A DNA stretch of 33,539 nt, from positions 7,141-40,679 of the forward strand of contig CAYQRP010000001.1 of the NCBI GenBank assembly GCA_964419815.1. Reading direction: 5' to 3'. A program made the translations under genes and the position numbers. This document shows positions 9,360 through 16,589 of this stretch, one piece after another. The stretch is from an uncultured Luteolibacter sp. GTDB lineage: Bacteria; Verrucomicrobiota; Verrucomicrobiia; Verrucomicrobiales; Akkermansiaceae. The notes beneath the pieces were generated by a model, which was not told where the DNA came from, made no database searches, and saw only the letters and a program-made list of their open reading frames with translations. Within the stretch, counting starts at the first letter, position 1; every line of letters begins with the position of its first letter.

Positions 9360-10357
9360 TCTTCCGCCGCACCACCATTCTCAGCGCAATTTTGCTCGGC
9401 CCGATTTGCGGTCAGCAAAACCTTGAGACGGATTTGCGCATGACTGGCGGTGAGACCCTTGCGGCATTCGAAGCACAACGCCAGGTGCTACAACAATCGA
9501 GTGCCGTGATCGACAGCGGCACGGATCAAATTGCGTACGGCGTGGTGGTCTCGGCCAACGGCCATGTCCTCACCAAGGCCAGCGAACTTCGAGAAAATGA
9601 AAGACTCACGGTCACCATCGACCGTCGGCGTTTTGAGCAAGTCGAACTCATCGGCATCGACGAGGAATGGGATGTCGCCCTGCTCAAAGTGAATGCCACT
9701 CAACTGATACCGATCACTTTCGCCAACACGACGGACATACCCCAAGGAACCTGGGTCGTGGCGAACGGTGCCAGCTCGCGCACACAGCGTCGCGCGAACA
9801 TCGGCATGATCAGTGCCAAATCCCGCGGCATCCAATCCGCGGGCGGACTCGCCATCGGCATCGTGATCAAAAATTCACCCAAACGCATCGAACTTGAAAA
9901 AGTCACCCCTGAGGGCGGAGCCCATGAAGCTGGTCTGATGGCAGGCGATGTGATCATTGCGGCCGATGCCAAACCTTTAGAAAAAATCGAAGAACTTTCC
10001 GATGCACTCAATCGGTACAAGGCCGGCGACAAGGTCCGCATCACTTATGTGCGAAATGGAAAAGAATTCAGCGTCGATGTCCGCCTCGCGGCGAAATCCG
10101 AACTCTTTGACATTTTCGCCAATCGCAACGACGAGATGAGCGGCGACTTTTCGAAACGTCGCAGCGGCTTTCCTCGCGTGATCCAACACTCGATCATGGG
10201 CAACAGCCAAACCATGGGCGGCCCCGTGATCGACCTCAACGGTCACTGCGTGGGCATGAACATCGCCCGCGCCAGTCGCGCCGAAACTTTCGCCATCCCA
10301 AGCAAGGAACTGCAATCGATTGCCGAGCGCATGATCGGCCAACCAATAACCCAATGA
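9356..10357 (+). CDS. S1C-like pseudoprotease with internal PDZ domain
   Basis: Signal-like N-terminus. LTKASE replaces TxAH, WDVALLK is retained, and SQTMGGP replaces GxSGGP. The PDZ (VTPEGGAHEAGLMAGDVI...GDKVRITYVRNG) lies between the protease segments. ATGA overlap with the upstream protease. Confidence 0.8.
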   Translation: MIFRRTTILSAILLGPICGQQNLETDLRMTGGETLAAFEAQRQVLQQSSAVIDSGTDQIAYGVVVSANGHVLTKASELRENERLTVTIDRRRFEQVELIGIDEEWDVALLKVNATQLIPITFANTTDIPQGTWVVANGASSRTQRRANIGMISAKSRGIQSAGGLAIGIVIKNSPKRIELEKVTPEGGAHEAGLMAGDVIIAADAKPLEKIEELSDALNRYKAGDKVRITYVRNGKEFSVDVRLAAKSELFDIFANRNDEMSGDFSKRRSGFPRVIQHSIMGNSQTMGGPVIDLNGHCVGMNIARASRAETFAIPSKELQSIAERMIGQPITQ

Positions 10358-10386
10358 TCGGCGACTCGGTGTCGTCACTGCCAACA

Positions 10387-11193
10387 TCATGGTGAATCAT
10401 CATGCCGACTCCATTCGATGACCCGTGGGTCATGTCCGCTTTGATCACCGCGAACAAATGCCGCAAGGTCGGGCGGCAAATCAACACGCCAATCCATCAT
10501 CCGATCATTCCACATCAGACTCAGCCTTGAGGCATGCAGGGCATGACGCGGCAAAAGCAGCTTGTTTTCCAAGTCCCGCGTCCAACCGTCGCGCATCCAC
10601 TCGAGATACTCGGATCCATCACCAGAATAAATTTTATCGCCTACGATCGGAAATCCGTCATGCGCCAAATGCACTCGAATCTGATGCATCCGTCCGGTCT
10701 CGGGAAAACAACGAATCAGAGCATGTCGCCGCCCATCGACCTCGAAGCGATGCTCGACCTTGAACCGAGTCAAACATGCGCGACCTGCAGGATGAACCAC
10801 CTGCCTTACCCAGATCGCCGCCGGACCCAGTTCACCCTCGCGCAAGATTGGTTGATCGCTAATCCATTCGTCCGCATCGGGCCAACCGTTTACGATCGCA
10901 AGGTATTCCTTCTTCACCTCGCGCCGTTCGAAAATGATACCAAGTTCACGCGCGGCAAGCGTGTGCTTGGCCACCAAGACAAGCCCGCTCGTATCCCGAT
11001 CCAGACGGTTGACGATTGCAGGCTTCGCACCATTTTCGATCTCGAAGGACAACAAACGCTCGATCCCACCAAGCAAGGTCGGCTCGGGCTTGCGGTTGGC
11101 CGGATGCACAATCAATGGCGCCGGCTTGTCGACCACAAGCCAGTCGGCCGACTCGTCGACCACCGCAAAATCCACGACAACCTGCAGGCTCAC
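10387..11193 (-). CDS. RluA-family pseudouridine synthase
   Basis: VDKPAPLIVHP, NRLDRDTSG (catalytic Asp), KEYLAIV, TGRMHQIRVH, PIVGDKIY, ALHA. GTG start. Confidence 0.93.
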   Translation of the reverse strand: MSLQVVVDFAVVDESADWLVVDKPAPLIVHPANRKPEPTLLGGIERLLSFEIENGAKPAIVNRLDRDTSGLVLVAKHTLAARELGIIFERREVKKEYLAIVNGWPDADEWISDQPILREGELGPAAIWVRQVVHPAGRACLTRFKVEHRFEVDGRRHALIRCFPETGRMHQIRVHLAHDGFPIVGDKIYSGDGSEYLEWMRDGWTRDLENKLLLPRHALHASRLSLMWNDRMMDWRVDLPPDLAAFVRGDQSGHDPRVIEWSRHDDSP

Positions 11194-11275
11194 CCACCGA
11201 ACTCACAACATCCCCGAGCTGCAGGCAATCCCTCAGCCTCATTGGCCTGATGAAAAAATCGATCAATCGATCAAC

Positions 11276-11316
11276 AAACAAAAAAGGGCTGCCCGCCGAA
11301 CGGCGAACAACCCTTT
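11276..11316 (-). terminator. Rho-independent terminator of the basic HTH-repeat gene
   Basis: Minus strand AAAGGGTTGTTCGCC-GTTC-GGCGGGCAGCCCTTT followed by TTTGTTT: a 15-bp stem with three G-U pairs, about 20 nt past the stop. Confidence 0.85.
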
Positions 11317-11334
11317 GAGATTTGAAGCAAACGA

Positions 11335-11973
11335 TCAGATGAGAGGTCTGATCGAAGCCTTGAGGGACTCGAATCCAGCGCGAAGCTTCGCCAGTTCCGC
11401 TTCAGCCTTTACGATTTGATCACTCATCTTGATGAGCGAGGCCACCTTGGAGCTGAGGGCCGATGAAACTTTTGCCGATGCCTTGGTGCCTTTGGCAACC
11501 TTGGCGACTTTGCTGCCAGACTTTTTGAGCCATGCGGAAACAGTGAGAATGGAGATGTTGAACTTCCGTGCCGCTTCGCTCTGACCGCCACGGCCATTGC
11601 TTGCGTTGTAGGCGTTCACAAAATCGACCACTTCCTGTTTCTCGGCGGTGCTGTAGCGCTTGCCTGCGCCTTTGCCGCCCTTCGAGGCTTTCTTGACTCC
11701 TGCCTTGGCTTTTTTGGCAGCCTTTTTCTTTGCCTTTGCTGGCTTGGCGGCCTTCGCAGGCTTGGCCGACTTCCCTTTCTTTTTGGAAACTCCAGCGGCC
11801 TTGAGCCAGGCAGCGATGGTGATCGGCGTGACTTTGAATTTGCTGACAGCGGCGCTCTGACCACCGCGACCTTTGGTCTCGTTGTATTGTTTGACGAAAT
11901 CAACAATCTCTTTCTTTTGCTCGGGCGTGTAACGCACACCCACCGATTTGGCTTTCTTTGATTTGCTGCTCAT
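11335..11973 (-). CDS. Basic Lys/Ala-rich protein with two HTH-like repeats and C-terminal coiled coil (putative DNA-binding/nucleoid protein)
   Basis: 212 aa from ATG 11973. Repeats at aa ~12-61 and ~104-153 share G.RY...K.E.VDFV..YN...GRGGQS.A..KF.....T..AWLK..G. The linker is KPAKAAKPAKAKKKAAKK. Confidence 0.75.
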   Translation of the reverse strand: MSSKSKKAKSVGVRYTPEQKKEIVDFVKQYNETKGRGGQSAAVSKFKVTPITIAAWLKAAGVSKKKGKSAKPAKAAKPAKAKKKAAKKAKAGVKKASKGGKGAGKRYSTAEKQEVVDFVNAYNASNGRGGQSEAARKFNISILTVSAWLKKSGSKVAKVAKGTKASAKVSSALSSKVASLIKMSDQIVKAEAELAKLRAGFESLKASIRPLI

Positions 11974-11979
11974 TGCGCA

Positions 11980-12056
11980 AGCATAATTTATCAAATTACA
12001 ATTCGATGCAAGAAAAAGTTTTAATAATAATTTATTAATAACATCTAACCGAATTA
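11980..12056 (-). promoter_or_regulatory. Extremely AT-rich upstream/promoter region
   Basis: Tract includes AGAAAAAGTTTTAATAATAATTTATTAATAA in an otherwise GC-rich window, directly upstream of the basic HTH-repeat gene. Confidence 0.65.
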
Positions 12057-12539
12057 CCACACATACCCTGCACAAGCCTCTTCATTTTCAGGATAAATCT
12101 CCACCCGATCCCCACACTCTACCATTTCATAAAGAGCCATCATGTCACGGTTTAGCATGCGTACACAGCCATGACTGGCGGGAGATCCTATGGATGATTC
12201 ATGATTGGTTCCATGAATGTAGATGTATCGGTCCATGGTATTCAGATTCCAAGGATCCACGCCCTCAAGTCTCAGAATGCGCGTCAGTATCAGATCATCC
12301 TCAGGCTTTTCATCACCATTCCAAACACCGCAAGCAACGCGCGCCTTGAAGATCGTACCCAACGGCTCACCCTCACCGATCTTCTCGGAGATCCTAAAGC
12401 GACCGGTCGGAGTGCGCAAACTGCCCTCCTCACAACCCATGCCCTTCGCCGCAGTCGAAACTGCAAAACGCGCCAACAGGCGATCGTCATCGAAGACAAA
12501 CAATTGCTGGGCGCTTACAGATACGGCGATGCGTTTCAT
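12054..12539 (-). CDS. L,D-transpeptidase (YkuD) family protein, single domain, no signal peptide
   Basis: VSVSAQQL, VSTA, TPTGRFRI, IYIHGTN...SHGCVRM. Confidence 0.9.
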   Translation of the reverse strand: MKRIAVSVSAQQLFVFDDDRLLARFAVSTAAKGMGCEEGSLRTPTGRFRISEKIGEGEPLGTIFKARVACGVWNGDEKPEDDLILTRILRLEGVDPWNLNTMDRYIYIHGTNHESSIGSPASHGCVRMLNRDMMALYEMVECGDRVEIYPENEEACAGYVW

Positions 12540-13681
12540 GATCTTGATGCAGGAGACATGACCAACACCGCGTTGTGACCACCCATGCCGTTGGAGACCT
12601 TTGCCACGGGCCCTGTCACTTCGAACGCTTCATGCGGCACGACAAATTCCTGTGGGGCACACAAACCTTTGACGCTGCCCGGAAGTCGATGACCTCTCAA
12701 ATATCCAGCGAGAATCGCACTCTCGAGCAGACCACTTGCACCGATGGCATGACCGAGATAGGGCTTGAGCAAAATCAGCGGTGGTTTTGCATGAGGAAAC
12801 ACGCGCCGCATCCAAGCAGGATCAGCAAGGGCCTGAACCGTGGTGCCTGTCGCATGCGGGCAAAGGGCGGACAAACCGCGCATGAGCTCATGATTGAAAA
12901 GTTCTGATGTGCGCCCACCGTCCGCCGGAATCCCCACAGGATTTGCAGCATCGGAATTGCAGGCATAATGCAGCAACTGCGGATGATCTCCCCCACCCAC
13001 CTCAATCGCCATGGCTGCCGCAGCTTCCGCAGGCACGAATCCACTTGTCTGCGCATGGTACGGATCGAGCTTCGGAGTTTTTGAAAGCAAGCCCGATGAC
13101 GCATACTGATCGAGGAGCATCGGCACCAATGGCAGATCCACCGCCACCGCCAACGCGCGCGATGCAAGGCCGCATTCCAGCATCATCATTGCCACGCCCA
13201 CCGCATCAAGCCCGGCGGCACAACCGCTGGCAACGACATGGTTCGGCCCCATGATGCCGCACTCGATGCTGATCGCCGAAGCAGGCTCGCTGTGAATGGT
13301 GTTGCTGGCAGCCATCAGTCGAAATGGCCTCCGTCCGGGCCATGGCCCGAGCCAACCCGCCGCATTGCCGCGACTCGTGCCAACGACCAAGGCGGCGTCC
13401 CGCAGATCGCTTTCACTCCAACCTGCATCGGCAATCGCCTGCCGCGCCGCATGCAAGGCCGCCATGCTCGCGGGACCCCATTTGCGACTGTTCAAAGATT
13501 CGCGATCCGCAATCCATGCCGCAGGCGTCGCGGCGTGAACGCTCTCATTTCCCAACAAATCTCCGAGCGGCTTAAACGGCACGACGCCCTTCGCGATCGA
13601 ATCAAGATGCGAAGAAAGATCAACGCCGAGCGCCGACAAAGCACCCAAGCCCTTGATGGAAAATGATTGGCGGATGCCCAC
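12536..13681 (-). CDS. Beta-ketoacyl synthase (FabF-like), divergent
   Basis: ASGCAAG (Cys), GFVPAEAAAA, HATGT (His), KPYLGHAIGASG (His), SNGMGGHNA. Start uncertain (GTG 13681 or TTG 13708). Confidence 0.8.
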   Translation of the reverse strand: MGIRQSFSIKGLGALSALGVDLSSHLDSIAKGVVPFKPLGDLLGNESVHAATPAAWIADRESLNSRKWGPASMAALHAARQAIADAGWSESDLRDAALVVGTSRGNAAGWLGPWPGRRPFRLMAASNTIHSEPASAISIECGIMGPNHVVASGCAAGLDAVGVAMMMLECGLASRALAVAVDLPLVPMLLDQYASSGLLSKTPKLDPYHAQTSGFVPAEAAAAMAIEVGGGDHPQLLHYACNSDAANPVGIPADGGRTSELFNHELMRGLSALCPHATGTTVQALADPAWMRRVFPHAKPPLILLKPYLGHAIGASGLLESAILAGYLRGHRLPGSVKGLCAPQEFVVPHEAFEVTGPVAKVSNGMGGHNAVLVMSPASRS

Positions 13682-13720
13682 GGCTACCAAGATGCAGGCG
13701 CGCCGCAAATCAAAATTCCA

Positions 13721-15118
13721 TCAACGCGTGCGGACGCGGCGGGCATCCCTTTGACCTCCAAAACGTCCGCCAAACCATCCTCCGCCATTTAGAATCCGAT
13801 TCTTGTCGGCCTCCGACAAAAGCTGGCTTTGCTCGACATAGGTGCTGGCCGCAGCCGCATCCTCCCGCATCCACCGCGTCGCCGCAATGCTCAACGACCG
13901 AGTCCGCTCGCCTTCGTCCTGAATGTTTTCCGCCGCCAAAATCACCTGTGAGGGATCTGCTGCGGTGTTGCTCATGACATACGACTGCAAGGCGCTGTCG
14001 CGCAAATCCCCAGCCTCAAGTCCGTAGGCGTAGGCGAGGGCGTTGGGCGCATCCTTGTTGACCCACGAAGAGATCAGTTCGCGCATGCTCATGCGCATGG
14101 CGGCTTTGCTTCCCTGCTCCATGAGAAACTCCGCCGCATACTTGGGGTCTTCGCGTGCGATGTCTTCCACCACCTCCGCCACCGCCTGATTTTTGGCAAA
14201 TCCTTGCGCCATGAGCTTCACCTGCTCGGCAGCCGCGCGCGCCCCGTTGTCGCTCGACAATCCACCAATCGCAGCAGCCAAGGCCTCATCCCGCTGATCC
14301 GCCGGAAGCGACGCGATCCACGCCTGCGCCTCTTCGAAATTTTTCGCCCCGTAACTTCTCGCCACACTTTGGAACGCCTCGGAAAAATCTTCTCCGGTCA
14401 TTCCCGTAAGCATCTTTGAGGCCTTGGCCGGATCCAGCTTCGCCACCTCACCGACCACCGCACCAATCGCTTCAGTGCGGTCCACACCCAAGGAACTCGC
14501 CCACGCCATCGCCGCATCGGAATTCACACGCGCCCATTCGGCACCAATGATCGCCACCCCGCCGCGTCCGCCTGAACGACCACCAAAACCCATCGTCGAA
14601 AACTCGCGCGGATTCGCCGCAAAATACGCTGCGGCTCCAGCCGGATCGACACTGGCCCAACCCTGAAGGATCGTCGGTTTCACAAACATCCCACCAAAAC
14701 CCATCGATGCAGAAAATCCCATCGCCGCCGTCGGATCCAATTCCGCCCAGCGTCCGAACAACAAAAATGATGCCAGCATCCGATCGTTGATCGGCAATTG
14801 ATCCAACTTGCCCGCCTCACTCTCGAATTGCGACGGGCTGAGGTCCGCATAAAAATCGAGCATCGCCTGAAGCCGCTGCATGTTGCCTGGAATCCCGCCG
14901 ATTTGTGCAATGCTCATCGGCCGCTTACTCCGTTTGAATTCGCGTTCCGTGGCAGACTCGTGACGCCCCCCTGCGTTCGCCATTGCCGATTCCGTTTTTT
15001 GTTCCTTTGAAAATGGCCGCTCATTCGTTCCAGCCGACTGAATATTCCGACCGGTGACATAACCGCCCACCACTCCGAGCCCTAATGTCACGAGGGCAAA
15101 TATCCACGGATTTTTCAT
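13721..15118 (-). CDS. Membrane-anchored helical-repeat (alpha-solenoid-like) hypothetical protein
   Basis: N-terminal TM helix WIFALVTLGLGVVGGYV. About ten ~30-aa repeats of the type WAELDPTAAMGF / WASVDPAGAAAY / WARVNSDAAMAW / WVNKDAPNALAY / WMREDAAAASTY. Start ATG 15118, 15133 or 15142. Confidence 0.75.
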   Translation of the reverse strand: MKNPWIFALVTLGLGVVGGYVTGRNIQSAGTNERPFSKEQKTESAMANAGGRHESATEREFKRSKRPMSIAQIGGIPGNMQRLQAMLDFYADLSPSQFESEAGKLDQLPINDRMLASFLLFGRWAELDPTAAMGFSASMGFGGMFVKPTILQGWASVDPAGAAAYFAANPREFSTMGFGGRSGGRGGVAIIGAEWARVNSDAAMAWASSLGVDRTEAIGAVVGEVAKLDPAKASKMLTGMTGEDFSEAFQSVARSYGAKNFEEAQAWIASLPADQRDEALAAAIGGLSSDNGARAAAEQVKLMAQGFAKNQAVAEVVEDIAREDPKYAAEFLMEQGSKAAMRMSMRELISSWVNKDAPNALAYAYGLEAGDLRDSALQSYVMSNTAADPSQVILAAENIQDEGERTRSLSIAATRWMREDAAAASTYVEQSQLLSEADKNRILNGGGWFGGRFGGQRDARRVRTR

Positions 15119-15222
15119 AAAATTGAACTGCATCACACCCATTCAACCACGATTTGCCGATTTTGTTGCAATGAATTTTCAGGGCTTGCATCTCTCGGCG
15201 AATTGTTAATTCTTCGCGCCGC

Positions 15223-16443
15223 ATGAGCCGTCTAGAAGGAAAAGTACTCGTCGCCCAAGGCGGCGGCCCCACCCCAGTCATCAACCAAAGCGTCGTCGGC
15301 GTCGCCCTCGAAGCCCGCAAATTCTCCCAGGTCACCTCGATCTATGGTGCCGTCCACGGGGTGCGCGGCATCATCGAGGAAAATTTCGTCGACCTCACCC
15401 GCGAGACCACCCACAACCTCGAACAAGTCGCCGACACACCCTCTTCGGGACTCCTCTCGACCCGCGACAAGCCCGATGAGGAATACTGCGCCCGCATGTT
15501 CAAGGTCATGCAGGCCCACGACATCCGTTACTTCTTCTATGTCGGCGGCAACGATTCGTCCGACACCGTCCGCATCGTCAACGAACAGGCGAAGCAGGCA
15601 AACTACGAACTCCGCGCGATCCACATTCCCAAGACGATCGACAACGACCTGATGGAAAACGACCACTGCCCGGGCTTCGGCTCCGCAGCACGTTTCGTTG
15701 CGCAGGCATTTACCGGCGTCAACCTCGACAACCGCGCGCTCAAGGGCGTCTACATCGGCGTCGTGATGGGTCGCCACGCAGGTTTCCTCACCGCCGCATC
15801 AGCCCTTGGCCGCAAGTACTATGACGACGGTCCGCACCTCGTTTATGTGCCCGAGCGCGCCTTCGATACGGAGAAATTCCTCGCCGATGTCGACCGTGCA
15901 TACTCGAAGTACGGCATGTGCACGATCGCCGTTTCGGAAGGCATTTCCGACAAGGATGGCAATCCGATGATCACCAAGCTGATGGGCGAAGAACGCGACG
16001 CCCACGGCAATCTCCAACTCTCCGGCACCGGCGCTCTTGGCGACCTGCTCTCGCAGACGATCAAGGACGGACTCAAGCTCAAGCGTGTCCGCTCGGACAC
16101 CTACGGTTACCTTCAGCGCTGCTTCATTGGATGCCGTTCCGATCGCGATGCCCACGAAGCGCGCGAGGTCGGTGAAAAGGCCGTGCAGTATGCGATGTGG
16201 GACGATGTCGACGGATCGATCGCCATCCGCCGCCCGGTTCTCAACTACAGCGTCGACTACGAACTTGTGCCGATCGAAAAGGTTGCCGGCAAAACCCGCC
16301 ACATGCCCGACAACTTCATCAATGCCGACGCCAACGGCGTCACCGAGGACTTCCTCAACTACTGCCGCCCGCTGCTCGGCTCGGACTTCCCTCAGTCCCA
16401 CCGCCTGCGCGCGCCCATGGTGCCGAAGATTCTCCACAAGTGA
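15223..16443 (+). CDS. pfp: 6-phosphofructokinase family, probably PPi-dependent
   Basis: AQGGGPTPVIN, GGNDS, PKTIDND, MGRHAGF, GYLQR. Confidence 0.9.
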   Translation: MSRLEGKVLVAQGGGPTPVINQSVVGVALEARKFSQVTSIYGAVHGVRGIIEENFVDLTRETTHNLEQVADTPSSGLLSTRDKPDEEYCARMFKVMQAHDIRYFFYVGGNDSSDTVRIVNEQAKQANYELRAIHIPKTIDNDLMENDHCPGFGSAARFVAQAFTGVNLDNRALKGVYIGVVMGRHAGFLTAASALGRKYYDDGPHLVYVPERAFDTEKFLADVDRAYSKYGMCTIAVSEGISDKDGNPMITKLMGEERDAHGNLQLSGTGALGDLLSQTIKDGLKLKRVRSDTYGYLQRCFIGCRSDRDAHEAREVGEKAVQYAMWDDVDGSIAIRRPVLNYSVDYELVPIEKVAGKTRHMPDNFINADANGVTEDFLNYCRPLLGSDFPQSHRLRAPMVPKILHK

Positions 16444-16478
16444 TCGCTCGCGCGACCTCTTTGAACTGATCCCCATTC

Positions 16479-16516
16479 AGGGCCGGCGGACTTCACTCCG
16501 CCGGCCCTTTTTTGTT
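16479..16516 (+). terminator. Rho-independent terminator after pfk
   Basis: AGGGCCGGCGGA-CTTCAC-TCCGCCGGCCCT perfect 12-bp stem followed by TTTTTGTT. Confidence 0.92.
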
Positions 16517-16589
16517 GCGGATCATCGCTGTCAAAGCCCATTCGGCTTGCCCTCGCATGGTCATGCCCTAGCATCACCGCTTCCCGCCA

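Noticed and set aside
11335-11973. Possible IS element, because the repeats resemble transposase HTH domains
   Set aside because: No DDE domain, terminal inverted repeats or target duplication; the gene has its own terminator and an H1-like linker.
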